64,000 bases of DNA from Leucoraja erinacea (Eukaryota), in the NCBI RefSeq assembly GCF_028641065.1, contig NC_073400.1, forward strand, positions 29,698,001-29,762,000. The letters are read 5' to 3'. Shown one piece after another: positions 47,901 to 61,515 of this stretch (position 1 is the stretch's first letter; every line of letters starts with the position of its first letter). The notes under the pieces are model-generated. The model was not told the DNA's origin and made no database searches. It worked only from the letters and a program-made list of their open reading frames with translations. The translations under genes and the position numbers were made by a program.

Positions 47901-50900
47901 GGTTGGGGGCTGGGGTGTGTGTGGGTGGGGTGGTGTTTGGTGATTGGGATTGTGAAGTGTGGGGGTGTGTTGGGGGTGTTTGCAGGAGAGCAGTTGTTGG
48001 GTGGTGGGTTTGGGTTGTGGGGGGGGGGGCTGGTTGTGAGGATGTGGGGGTGTGCTGGGGTTGGGTGTGGGTGATTGGTTGGGGGGGTGGGGGGGGGGGT
48101 GTGCGTGTGTCGTTGTTGTTGAGATTTGAGGGTTTGTGGGTGGTTTTGTGGTGTTGGTGTTTTGGTGTGGGGGGTGGAGCTTGGTTGGGTGGTGGGGGGG
48201 GGGGGGTGGGATTGGGGGGGGTGGGGGTATGGGGGGGGTGGTGTGGGGTGGGGGTGGGTGGGGGTGTGGGTAGTTGTGTGGGTTGTTTTGTGTGGTTTTG
48301 GTGGGCTGTTGGTTGGTTGTGTGGTGATGGGGGGGGGGGAGGTCTTGTGGGTTTGGTGACATAATGGGGGGTTGTGGGGTTGTATGTTGGGGGGGGGGGG
48401 ATTTGGTGGGGGGTGTGTGTGTGTCGTTGTTGGGGGGGTGGGTGTGTTGGGTGGGTTGGGTGAGGGGTTATGGGGGGGTGTGGGTGTGTAGGGTGGTGTT
48501 GGTTTGCTTGTGTTTGGGGGGGAAGCTTTTTTTGTTTGTTGGGGTGGGGTCGATTTGTGGGTTTTGTGGGGGTGGGGGGGGTGCTGTGGTTTTGGGGGTG
48601 GGTGTGTTGCTTGGGCTGTGGGTTGTGGGTGGGTTTTTGGTGTGTTTGCTTGTGGGGTGATGTGTTTTGTGGGGGGCTGGATTTGGTGGTGTGTGGTGTG
48701 TGGGCTTGTGGGTGGTGTTGGGTTGGGTTTTCTGGGGGGGTGTGTGTGGGGTGTGTGGTGGGGGGGGGTTTGGTTGTGGATTTTGGGGTGCTGTGGGTGT
48801 GATGGGGGGGTCGGGATTTGTGGCGTGGGGGTGTGGGGGGGGGGGATTTTGGTGTGGGGTGTGTTGGGGTGTTGTGTCTCTGGGGTTTGGGTGTGGGGGG
48901 TGTGGGTGGTGTCTGAGGGTGTGGGTGGTGTTGGGGTTGTTGTGTGGTGGGTGGGGGGGGGGGTGGGCTTGTTGTTGGGATGTGGGTGTGGGTGTGGGTT
49001 GGGTTGTGGCTTGTGGGTTGTGTGTGTTTGGTGTTCGGGAGGGTGTGGGGGGGGGTTGTGGGGGGGGGGGGGTGTGTTTTGGGTTGGGGGGGTGGGGGTG
49101 TTGGGGGGGGGGGGAGTGTGGGGTTGGGGGGTTTGGGGGGGGGGGGGGGTGTGTTGGGTTGTTTGTGGTTTTTGTTATTTGGGTGGTTGGTGGGTTGTGT
49201 GGTGGGGTGGATTTCGGGGGTGGTATGGGGTTTGGGGTTGGATTTGTGGTTGGGTTGACACGGTGGGGGGTTTGTGGGGGGGGGTTGGGGGTGGGGGTGG
49301 GTTTGTGGGGGTGGTGCTTGTGGGTTGGCGTGGGGTGTGTGCTGGGCGGGTGGGTTGACGGTGTGTTTCCTGGGGGGTGTGGGGGGTTTTTGTGTTGTTG
49401 GGGGGGATTTTTTGCTGGGTTTGGGGTGATGTGTGGGTGTGTTGGGGGGTTGGTGATGGGGGGTGGGTGATGGGGGGTGGGGGGGTGGATTTTGTGGTGT
49501 TGGGGGGGGTTGGTGTTTGTGGTTGGGGGGGGTTGTGTGGTGGGGTGTGGGGGGGTTGGGGGGGGATGTTTGGGGGGGTGTGGGGTGGTGTGTGGGGGGG
49601 CTTGTTGCTGGGATGGTGGGGGGGTGGGGTTGGGGGGTGTTGGGCTTTGTGGCTTTGGGGGGGGGGTGTGGTTTGTTGGGATGGGGGGATTTGGGGGGAT
49701 TGGTGTGGGGGGGGGGGTTGGGGGGGGGGTGGGGGTGATTGCTTGGTGTGGTGGGGGGGGTTTGGGGGGGGGGATGTGGTGTGTGGTTGTGGATGTTGGG
49801 TTGGTGTTGTGGGGGGTTGGGGTGGGGGGGGGGGGGTTGTGTTGGTTGGGTGGGGGGGGGGGGTTTGGTTGGGTTGGTGTGCTTTGAGGTGGGATGATTT
49901 TGTGTGTCGGGCTGGTGGGGTGGTGGTGGGTTGGCTGGGGGGGGGGGGTTCGTAGTGGGGGGTTGGATTGGGGGGGGTTTGGGTAGTTGGGGGGGTTGTG
50001 TTGGGGTGTGGTGTTGGGGGGGTTGCGATTGGGGTGGGGGGGTGGGGGGGTGTGGGGGGGGGTGGTGGGGGGTGTGTGGGGGGGGGTGTGTGTGGGGGTG
50101 GGGGGGGGGGTGGTGGATTGGTGGTGGGGGGGGGGGGGGTGGCCAGTGGGTGGTGGGGGTGTGGGTGTGGTGTGGTGCCTTGGTGTTGGGCGTGGCTGTG
50201 GTGTTGTGGGCGGGATTGGGAGGGGGTGTGGTTCGTTGTGTGTGGTGTGTGGNNNNNNNNNNNNNNNNNNNNNNNNNNNNNNNNNNNNNNNNNNNNNNNN
50301 NNNNNNNNNNNNNNNNNNNNNNNNNNNNNNNNNNNNNNNNNNNNNNNNNNNNNNNNNNNNNNNNNNNNNNNNNNNNNNNNNNNNNNNNNNNNNNNNNNNN
50401 NNNNNNNNNNNNNNNNNNNNNNNNNNNNNNNNNNNNNNNNNNNNNNNNNNNNNNNNNNNNNNNNNNNNNNNNNNNNNNNNNNNNNNNNNNNNNNNNNNNN
50501 NNNNNNNNNNNNNNNNNNNNNNNNNNNNNNNNNNNNNNNNNNNNNNNNNNNNNNNNNNNNNNNNNNNNNNNNNNNNNNNNNNNNNNNNNNNNNNNNNNNN
50601 NNNNNNNNNNNNNNNNNNNNNNNNNNNNNNNNNNNNNNNNNNNNNNNNNNNNNNNNNNNNNNNNNNNNNNNNNNNNNNNNNNNNNNNNNNNNNNNNNNNN
50701 NNNNNNNNNNNNNNNNNGTTGTGGTGTTTTGTGTGTGTTGTGTGTGTGTGGTGTGGTGTGGGTGTTGGTTTGTGGTGTGTGTGTGTGTGTGGTGGTGTGT
50801 GTGGTGTTTGTGTGTTTTGTGTGGTCTGTTGGGGTGTTGTGTGTGTGTGTGGTTGTGGGTGTGTGGTGTGGTGGTGGTGTGTGTGTGTGTTGTGTGTGTG

Positions 50901-52853
50901 TTTGTGGTGGTGTGTGTTTGGTGTGGGTGTGTGTGTGGTTTGGGTTTGGGTTGTGTGTGTGTTGTGTGGTGTGTGGGGTTGTGATGTGTGTGTGTGGTGT
51001 GTTGTGTGTGCTGTGTTGTGTGTTGGGTGTGTTGTGTGTGTGTGGTGTGTGTGTGTTGTGTTTGGTGTTTGTGTGTGTGGTGTGTGGTGTGTGGTGTGTG
51101 TTGTGGTGTGTGGGTGTGTGTTTGGTGGTGTGATGGTGGGGCTGTGTATGTGTTGTGTGTGTGTTTGTGGGGTGTGTGTGNNNNNNNNNNNNNNNNNNNN
51201 NNNNNNNNNNNNNNNNNNNNNNNNNNNNNNNNNNNNNNNNNNNNNNNNNNNNNNNNNNNNNNNNNNNNNNNNNNNNNNNNNNNNNNNNNNNNNNNNNNNN
51301 NNNNNNNNNNNNNNNNNNNNNNNNNNNNNNNNNNNNNNNNNNNNNNNNNNNNNNNNNNNNNNNNNNNNNNNNNNNNNNNNNNNNNNNNNNNNNNNNNNNN
51401 NNNNNNNNNNNNNNNNNNNNNNNNNNNNNTGTGTGTGGTGTTTTTGTGTGCTTGTGTGTGGTGGGTGTGTGTGTTGTTGGGTGGGTGTGTTGTGTGTGTG
51501 TGTGTGTGCTTGTGTGTTTGTTGTGTGCGTGTGTTGTGTGGTNNNNNNNNNNNNNNNNNNNNNNNNNNNNNNNNNNNNNNNNNNNNNNNNNNNNNNNNNN
51601 NNNNNNNNNNNNNNNNNNNNNNNNNNNNNNNNNNNNNNNNNNNNNNNNNNNNNNNNNNNNNNNNNNNNNNNNNNNNNNNNNNNNNNNNNNNNNNNNNNNN
51701 NNNNNNNNNNNNNNNNNGTGGGTGTTGTGTGTTGTTGTGTGTGTTGTGGGTGTGTTGTTGGGCTGGGGTGTTGCTGTGTGTGTTGGTTGTGTTTTGTGTG
51801 TGTGTGTGTTGTTTGTGGTTGGGTTGTGGTGTGGGTGGTGTGGTGTTTTGTTGTGTTTGTGTGTGTTGTTTTGTGTTGTGGTGTGTGTGTTGTGTTGTGT
51901 TGTGTGGTGTTTTGTTTGGGTTGTGGTGGTGGTGTGGTGTTTGTGGTGGGTGTTGTTGGGGGTTGGTGTGGCTTGGTGTGTTGTGGTGTGTTGTTTTGGT
52001 TTTTTGCTTGTAGTGGTGTGTGGGTTGGGTTTGTGTTGTTGTGTTGCTTGTGTGTGGTGTGTGTGTGGTGTGGTGTGTGTGTTGGTGCTGTTTGGGGGGT
52101 GTTTTTTCTGTTGGTGTTTGTGTTTGTGTGTGGGTGTGTTGTGGTGTTTGCTGTGGTGTGTGTGTGTGTTGGGTGTTTTTGTGTGTTGGGGCTGGGGTTG
52201 CTGGTGTGTGGTGTGTGGGTTTGGGTGTGTGTGGGGGTTGTGGTTGGGGTGTGGTGTTTGTTTCACTTGGGTGTGTGGTGTGGGTGTTGGGTTTGGGGGT
52301 GTGGGGTGGTCTATGTGGGTGTGTGTTGTGTGGTCTTTGGTTGTGGGTGGTGTTGTGGTTTTGGTGTGGGGGGGTTGGTTGTGGGTGTGTGGTGTTGGTG
52401 TTGTGTGGGTGTGGGTGTCTGGGTTGTGTGTGTGGGTGTGTTGGGGGTGGCGTGGTGTGTGGGTGTGTGTGTGGGGTGTGGTGGGTGGGTGCTGGTGTTG
52501 TTGTGTGTGGTGAGTGACTTGGTGTGTAAATTGGTATTGGTGTGTGTGGTGTGGGTTTGTGTGGTTCGTGGTGTGTGTGTGGGTGGTGTGGGGTGGTGGG
52601 CGTTTGGTTTGTTTTGTGCTNNNNNNNNNNNNNNNNNNNNNNNNNNNNNNNNNNNNNNNNNNNNNNNNNNNNNNNNNNNNNNNNNNNNNNNNNNNNNNNN
52701 NNNNNNNNNNNNNNNNNNNNNNNNNNNNNNNNNNNNNNNNNNNNNNNNNNNNNNNNNNNNNNNNNNNNNNNNNNNNNNNNNNNNNNNNNNNNNNNNNNNN
52801 NNNNNNNNNNNNNNNNNNNNNNNNNTGGTGAGGTGTGTGGTGTGTGGTGGCGT
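35939..52853. other. Assembly gap or low-quality fill: N runs interleaved with aperiodic G/T-only sequence
   Basis: Almost no A or C on the + strand, no stable period, dozens of N blocks. It splits a single SINE. Confidence 0.85.
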
Positions 52854-55786
52854 GAGACCCACGCTGTCACAGGGAGAACGTGCAAACTCCTTACTGATAG
52901 CGCCGGAGGTCAGAATCGAACCGGGGTCTCTGGGGGCGGTTGCAGTTCCACCTACAGCTAACCCAACCCCACAAATATCACCCAGAACGAGCCTCTCCAT
53001 CTCCAGTGTAGCAGTGTTACAACACAATGTGAGCAACTCACGTCAAAATAGGTTGAGAAACAGGAAGCCACAAGGAAGTACAGATGCAGTAATATCTGAT
53101 AGTCTGCTCGGGTAGCTTGCAACCCAATGGTGGGAACATTGAATTTTCTAGTTTTAAGTAACTAACCCACAACAATCCTTTCCACTAACCTCCGTCCCTT
53201 TCCACATATATATATCCTTTCTTCCAGCTTCACATTCCATGCCTCTTCTCTCCATATCTCACAGCCTTTTATCTTCTTTCCATCACTGGCCTTCATCCAC
53301 CCATCAGCCAATAACCCTCCCTCCCTCACCTGTATCCATCTACCACTTGCCAGGCATCATCCTCCCCCCACCTCTCTCCCAGCTCTCTCCCCCCTACCAC
53401 AATCAGCCTGAAGAAGGGTCCCAACCCAAAACGTCACCTATCCATGTTCTCTGGAGATGCTGCCTGGCCCATTTACTCCAGCATTACATGTCTGTTTTTG
53501 AGAAATAGGAAGTTGTGAAGTTGATAAGAAGATTTGAACACCAGTGTAAATATTTTGAAACCAAGTCATTGGTTCTACGGGTTAGGGTTGGTATGACTAT
53601 ACAGGGTGGGTTATCAGGTCTGTGAGGTGTGGAGAACTATGGTCAAGTCCAAATCCACCCACATGTCACATTGCCAGGGTAAAGGGTGAGTGGGGCAGAG
53701 CAGGGCGGGGCACTGGCACCAGCGTTAAACTCATAGAGTCATATAGCACAGAAACAGGCCCTTCTTCCCAACTTGACCATGCTGACCAAACTGCCCACCT
53801 GCACTAGTTTAGTATAGAGGTACAGCATGGAAACTGGCCCTTCGGCCCACCGAGTCCGCACCAAACAGCAATCCCCACACATTAACACTATCCTACACGC
53901 ACTAGGGACTATTTACACTTATTCCAAGCCAACTAACCTACAAACCTATACGTTCTTGGAGTGTGGAAGGAAACTGAAGATCTCGGAGAAAACCCAGGCG
54001 GTCACGTGGAGAACGTACAAACTCCATACAGACAGCACACGTAGTCGGGATCAAACCCGACTGTAAGCGCTGTAAGTCAGCAGCTCTACCACTGTTCCAC
54101 CGTGCAGCCCTGGTCCACTAGTCCCACTTGCCCCCGTTTGACCCATCTCCTCTTATATCAGTAAAGATCCAGTTTTTACCTTCAGTCCCGAGGTAGTATC
54201 TCGGCCGGAATACAAACATACACTTTTTGTCTCCACAGATGCTGCTTGACCCGTTGAGTTTTTCAGGTGTTCTGCCTATTGTTCCAGATTCTAGTATATG
54301 CAATCTCCTTTATCTTCTCCCCTCACACAACCCTAATCCTACCTCAACAATATTATCTCACAGAAGCTGATGCGTACATGGAAGGAACATGTCCAGAGGA
54401 GCTAGTGGAGACTGGTACTAGTAACAACATTGAAAAGCATTAGGACAAGGTACGTGGATAGGAAAGGTTTGTAGGGACAGGGGTCAAATGCAGGCCTGGT
54501 TTTTACGGTGGCACAGCAGTAGAGTTGCTGCCTTACATGGTATAACAGCACCAGATACCCGGGTTCAATCCTGGCTACAGGTGCTTGTCTGTACATAGTC
54601 TGTACTTTCTCCTAGTGACCTGCGTGGGTTTTCTACGAGAACTTCAGTTTCCTCCCACACTCCAAAGACGTACAGGTTTGTAGGTTAATTGGGTTGGTGT
54701 AAATGTAAACATTTGTGTTAATGTGCGGGGATCGCTGGACGGTGCGGACACAGTGGGCTGGAGGGTTTGTTTCCCCACTGTATCTCTAAACTAAACTAAA
54801 GAGGGACCAGCGTACATGGGACATCTTGATCAGCATTGGGCAAGCTGTTTCCCTGCTGTATCACTCTATGATTTTATGAATCACATCCTCAAACTCAGCT
54901 TTACCCGGTCTCCGATGCTCAAGTATTTGAATACTTCAAGGAGTTTATCTGGTGACGTGAGTTGACATCAGTTCGCATGTGACGATAGACAACAGACAAT
55001 AGGTGCAGGAGTAGGTCATTCGGCCCTTCGAGCCAGCATCACCATTCAATGTGATCATGGCTGATCATCCACAATCCCCGTTCCTGACTTCTCCCCATAT
55101 CCCCTGACTCCACTATCTTTAAGAGCCCTATCTAGCTCACTCTTGAAAGTGTCCAGAGAACCGGCATCCACCGCTCTCTGAGGAAGAGAATTCCACAGAC
55201 TCACAACTCACTGGGTGATAAAGTGTTTCCTCATCTCCGTTCCGTTGGTGTCTTATTTCTCCTGGGTAACGTTTCAACAGATGAGAAGATGAGGAAGGCT
55301 GGACAAATTAGTGACGTGCATTTTGTGGTGGGTAAACAGATCACAAGTTCACACGTTCCAGGAGTAGAATTTGGCCATTCGGCCCATCGAGTCTACTCCG
55401 CCATTCAAACATGGCTGATCCCATACAAGTTCAGACACAGTGTGCCCGCATTTGGGGGAGGGGGTTGAGGGGGTGGGCAAGGGAATGTTTGCGGTGGTGG
55501 ACAGAGCACCAGTCAAGTGGGCAAACGTCACCAGGATGAAGCAGAGCTTCGAGGAGATGCTCCAATCCAGGCAACTGGAGAGTGTTGTAGCCCACTCCTG
55601 ATAGGGGCATTGTCCGTGGTGAGGAGGCTGGGGGAGGTGACAAGTGAGTCACCAAGTTAAGTCTTGAACCACTGCAAAGTCGTTTCCTGTGTAAACGGAA
55701 ATTGACTGTTTGACTTCAGTTGTGAATGAGGAAGAGGACAACTCAGACGCAGTGCACGGACCAAACCGATCCAACGTAGCCGAGAC

Positions 55787-55883
55787 ATGGCGGTGGGACA
55801 GGGAGAATTCACCCTCCAGAGACGGCCCAGATCCAGGGGAACAGTCGCTCTGTTGGTTCTTGTCGCTGTTGGTCTCACACCAG
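55787..55883 (+). CDS. Gene C leader exon MAVGQGEFTLQRRPRSRGTVALLVLVAVGLTP (gene C runs off the window end)
   Basis: Paralogue of the A and B leaders with the same donor. Confidence 0.85.
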
Positions 55884-57671
55884 GTAAATCGGTGTTTTAC
55901 AAAATGCTCTGTTCTTTAGAATTATTTACCAACGCCTTGAATTATTTGTAACCACAGACCTCTCTGTACTGTGTGGGGAGCTGATGATAAATTGCTCAAC
56001 ACTCGTTAGTTCCTGTAGAGACTTCCATCAGCGGTTGTTGTCGTGTTGTGTGCAGCCAAGTCGCACACAGCTAGCTCCCTGTGGAGAAGGGAGATAACTA
56101 TCTACAGCTTGCCTTGCCTTGTGGACCTCATTGAAACTTACTGAATAGTGAAAGGCCTGGATAGAGTGGATGGGGGCTGGGGAAAGCAAAGTGTGCAGAA
56201 CAGCTCGAGCAGCAGAGTTTACACTAGTGGGAGAGTCTAGGACCAGAGGTCGCTGCTTCAGAATTAAAGGGTGTTGCTTTAGGAAGGAGATGAGGAGGAA
56301 TTTCTTGAGACAGAAACTGTGGAATTCATTGCCACAGATTGTGGAGGCCATCAATAGGTATTTCTAAGGCCGAGATGGATAGATTCTTGATCAGTACTGG
56401 TGTCAGAAGTCCTGGGGAAAAGGTAGGAGGATTTAGTTGAGAGGGAAAGATAGATCAGCCATAATTGAATGGAGGAGAGTAGACCTGACGGGCCAAATGT
56501 CCTAATTCTGCTCCTAGTACTAATGAACTTGTGATCTGTTCTTCAGAATTATTTGCCGCACCTTGAATTATTTTGAGCCACAGAGCAGACTACTGGGCTA
56601 CGAACTGCTAAAGATAAAATGCTTGCACACTTGTTCTTCCCTGCACTAATGACTGTTGTGATGCTGTGTGCAGCCAAATTGTACACAGCTAACTCCCTGT
56701 AGAAAATGACCCCACAGCTGGCCTTGTTGATTATGGGTGTAGGGGTAACTCTTGCCCCCAGAACAGAGAGTTTGCTCCACTATTCTGGTGCAAACTATCT
56801 CCAGGTGAACTTTCTCAGTGACTTGACAGCAGATCAGCTAAATGCTTTACCCCTTGCATATCGCTTGACTTCCTCCCTCTCTGACTGTGGGTCTGAAGAA
56901 GTGTCTTGACCCGAAACGTCACCCATTCCTTCTATCCAGAGATGCCCCCTGATCCGCTGCGTTACTCCAGCATTTAGTGTCTATCAAAGACACACGGCAC
57001 TCCCTCCACGCACTGCAATGGGAAATGTTGAACCTAAACCTTAGCACATTCAAAGAAAAAACCTGTGAAAGCCAGCCATTGGGAACAGGCGTCATCTCAA
57101 ATGAGGAAGCACCAGAGTGACTGTCCAATTTAGCATTTGGAGAAGTTGTGGTAATCTCTCCCTTCTGAGAAAAACCAGCTGCCTTACAACAGACTCTGCT
57201 GCTCGAGCTGTTCTACACACTTTGCTTTCCCCAGCCTCTGAGTTCTCCTTCAAAGCATTTGTCTTGTGGCTTGTGAGCCGACCTGGACTGATGTGATGAT
57301 GTGTCTCCACCCCAGCTCCTGAATCTGCAGAGTTTCACATGTGTTAGAGTCATAGAGTGATACAGTGTGGAAACAGGCCCTTCGGCCCAACTTGCCCACA
57401 CCGCCCAACATGTCTCAGCAACTCTAGTCCCACCTGTCCACGTTTGGTCCATGTACCTTCAAACCTGTCCTATCCATGTATCCAGAGGGCCCCACCCTCT
57501 CCGGAGACTAAGAAAATCAGGTCTCCCTACTGTTCACCTAAGGTCCTTCTACAGGGGCACCATCGAGAGTATACTGACCCACGGCATCACTTCCTGGTTT
57601 GGGAGCTGCAAGGCTTATGAACAAAAACAACTTAACAGGATAGTGAAGACAGCCAGTAGGATCAGTAGGAT

Positions 57672-59518
57672 TGAGATATGTGAAAAGAAAGAGATTAGTT
57701 AAAACAAATGTAGGTCCCTTGCAGTCAGAAACAGGGGAGTTGATCATGGGGAACAAGGATATGGCGGACCAATTGAAAAACTACTTTGGTTCCGTCTTCA
57801 CTAAGGAAGACATAAATAATTTGCCGGATATAGCAGGGGACCGCGGGTCAAAGGAGTTGGAGGAATTGAGTGAAATCCAGGTTAGCCGGGAAGTGGTGTT
57901 GGGTAAATTGAATGGATTAAAGGCCGATAAATCCCCAAGGCCAGATAGGCTGCATCCCAGAGTACTTAAGGAAGTAGCTCCAGAAATAGTGGATGCATTA
58001 GTAATAATCTTTCAAAACTCTTTAGATTCTGGAGTAGTTCCTGAAGATTGGCGGGTAGCAAACGTAACCCCACTTTTTAAGAAGGGAGGGAGAGAGAAAA
58101 TGGGGAATTACAGGCCAGTTAGTCTAACATCGGTAGTGGGGAAACTGCTAGAGTCAGTTATTAAAGATGGGATAGCAGCACATTTGGAAAGTGGTGAAAT
58201 CATTGGACAAAGTCAGCATGGATTTACGAAAGGTAAATCATGTCTGACGAATCTTATAGAATTTTTCGAGGATGTAACTAGTAGCGTGGATAGGGGAGAA
58301 CCAGTGGATGTGGTGTATCTGGACTTCCAGAAGGCTTTCGACAAGGTCCCACATAAGAAATTAGTATACAAACTTAAAGCACAAGGCATTGGGGGTTCAG
58401 TATTGATGTGGATAGAGAACTGGCTGGCAAACAGGAAGCAAAGAGTAGGAGTAAACGGGTCCTTTTCACAATGGCAGGCAGTGACTAGTGGGGTACCCCA
58501 AGGCTCAGTACTGGGACCCCAGCTATTTACAATATATATTAATGATCTGGATGAGGGAATTGAAGGCAATATCTCCAAGTTTGCGGATGACACTAAGCTG
58601 GGGGGCAGTGTTAGCTGTGAGGAGGATGCTAGGAGACTGCAGGGTGACTTGGATAGGCTGGGTGAGTGGGCAAATGTTTGGCAGATGCAGTATAATGTGG
58701 ATAAATGTGAGGTTATCCATTTTGGTGGCAAAAACAGGAAAGCAGACTATTATCTAAATGGTGGCCGATTGGGAAAGGGGGAGATGCAGCGAGACCTGGG
58801 TGTCATGGTACACCAGTCATTGAAGGTAGGCATGCAGGTGCAGCAGGCAGTAAAGAAAGCGAATGGTATGTTAGCTTTCATTGCAAAAGGATTTGAGTAT
58901 AGGAGCAGAGAGGTTCTACTGCAGTTGTACAGGGTCTTGGTGAGACCCACACCTGGAGTATTGCGTACAGTTTTGGTCTCCAAATCTGAGGAAGGACATT
59001 ATTGCCATAGAGGGAGTGCAGAGACGGTTCACCAGACTGATTCCTGGGATGTCAGGACTGTCTTATGAAGAAAGACTGGATAGACTTGGTTTTATACTCT
59101 CTAGAATTTAGAAGATTGAGAGGGGATCTTATAGAAACTTACAAAATTCTTAAGGGGTTGGACAGGCTAGATGCAGGAAGATTGTTCCCGATGTTAGGGA
59201 AGTCCAGGACAAGGGGTCACAGCTTAAGGATAAAGGGGAAATCCTTTAAAACCGAGATGAGAAGAACTTTTTTTCACGCAGAGAGTGGTGAATCTCTGGA
59301 ACTCTCTGCCACAGAGGGTAGTTGAGGCCACTTCATTGGCTATATTTAAGAGGGAGTTAGATGTGGCCCTTGTGGCTAAGGGGATCAGGGGGTATGGAGA
59401 GAAGGCAGGTACGGGATACTGAGTTGGATGATCAGCCATGATCATATTGAATGGCGGTGCAGGCTCGAAGGGCCGAATGGCCTACTCCTGCACCTAATTT
59501 CTATGTTTCTATGTTTCT
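57672..59518 (+). mobile_element. Young 1.85-kb CR1 LINE (RT domain) in intron 1 of gene C
   Basis: 465-aa ORF with YLDFQKAFDKVPH, GVPQGSVLGP and FADDTKL. Small frameshifts near 58947 and 59088. (TTTCTATG)n tail. TSD ATCA. Interrupts the Rex element. Confidence 0.93.
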
Positions 59519-61191
59519 ATCATTGGTGCTCCACTCCCTTTCCTGTTGGAGATCTATCAGAAGCGTAACATCAGCAGAGCCATCTCCATTATTAAGGACC
59601 CCTATCATCCATCACACCACATCTCCCTCACTCCCAAATGGGCCCCGCGAGTAAGGGGGCCCCGCGCCAGTGTAATCTACTCTCGGCTCAGGTAGATCTA
59701 CCCCGGGTGAAGAGAGAGTAGAGGGGTGGAGGGGGAAGAAGGGGGTAGACGGGGAGGGGGGTGTGAGGGGGAATGGAGAAGGGGGAGAGGGGGAGGTGGG
59801 TCGTTCGCTCACGGCAGCGCTCCTGCCCCTCCAGTCGCCGTGCTTCACGCACACAGCTCGGGCTCCACCCCTCTCTCTCCCCGGGGAGAGGCGGTGAACA
59901 ATACACGGAGGGCTGGGCCGGGGGTTGGGGCATCGTATACAAACATCGGCCTCAGCTCACACCCGTCTGCCCGGACCCCAGCATCCCTCTCCCTCCCTTC
60001 TCTCCTTCCCTCCCTCCTTCCGCTCTTTTCCTTTCTCTCATTCGCTCCATCGCGTCTTTCTCTACTTCCCTCCCTCCCTCCCACACACACACACATGACG
60101 CACAGACAACTAACACACACAACTAAGTTAAGATGGGGTAGAAACCTTTTCACCCAGAGAGTTGTGAATCTGTAGAATTCTCTGCCACAGAGGGCAGTGG
60201 AGGCCAATTCACTGGATGTATTCAAGAGAGAATTAGATTTAGCTCTTAGGGCTAATGGAATCATGGGATTACGGGAGCAAGCAGAACTGGGCAGTGCCGG
60301 CTCGAAGGGCCGAATCGTCTCCTCCTGCGCCTATTTTCTATGTTTATATGTTTCTATGAATCGTCACCTATCCACTTTCTCCAGAGATAGTTCCTGTCCA
60401 GTTTAAGGTTGTGACCTCAATAACGGGTAGGCCATTGAGGACTCAGATGAAGAAATATCTTTTCACCCAGAGAGTTCCTCTTTCTCCAGAGATAGTTCCT
60501 GTCCTGTTGTGTTACTCCGGCACTTTGTGTCCTTTTGTACATTAACCAGCATCTGCAGTTCCTTGTTTCTACTAGTTCAATGGGGAAGTGGGTTGTAGTG
60601 AGATTGAACACAGGGTGGGTCAGAGTGAGTGACAGGTTGGCTTCCTGTCACATGACCACCACTCATGTCAAGCCACGCCCACAGGGAAGGAGGATCTGGG
60701 CGCCAGGTAGATTCAGAAGCAGTGTTCAAGAAGGAACTGCAGATGCTGGAAGATAGATATCGCAGTGGAGTAGACAAAGTGTTCAAGAAGGAACTCAGTT
60801 CTGCTTTCACTGGAACTTGGGGAAAAATCCCGGTGAAATGGGAATTATCACCAGCGGGAAAACCATTAAAGTGCAACAGGATCTATGCAGAAGAAGAGAG
60901 ACACAAAATGCTGGAGTAACTCAGCGGGACGGGCAGCATCTCTGGAGAGAAGGAAATGGGTGAGGAAACATCACCCTTCGGTTTCTCCAGAGATGCTGCC
61001 TGTCCCGCTGAGTTACTCCAGCACTTTGTGTCTATCTTTGGTGTAAACCAGCACCTGCAGTTCCTTGCTACACATGATCTATGCGAAACCATGAACCTGC
61101 CTGAACAGCACAAATGACATGTTTTTTATTGTTAAACCACAGCTTGTGTTACTGCAGTGTGAGTGATCTTTCATCATTAATGTGCCCACAG

Positions 61192-61515
61192 GGTCAAGGG
61201 GAATAACTGAACCCGAGGAGGTGAGGGGAGAGTTGGGGCAGTCGGTCACTGTGGAATGTCAGTATGGTCGGAAATACAAAGACAACGACAAGCTATGGAG
61301 TAAAGGTGATTATTTCTTTCCATCTTCTACCGTGGTTTCTACTGATGACCCACAACGAGGGAGAACATCGATGACTGATTTCAAAGAACAACGGATAGTT
61401 TCAGTCACCATCGACAAGCTGGAGAAGAGTGATGAAGGACTCTACTGGTGTGTGATTGTAAAGGGAAACGATTCACCCATTGTATCGGCCTCCATCTCAT
61501 TGACGGTTTCTGAAG
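61192..61515 (+). CDS. Gene C Ig V exon C1
   Basis: CACAG|GG ... GAAG|GTAAGT, 324 nt, open frame. Confidence 0.93.

Noticed and set aside
36040-52853. Very long ORFs (up to 2908 aa) rich in C/V/G or T/H/P
   Set aside because: Artefacts of N runs and G/T-only sequence that cannot form stop codons.
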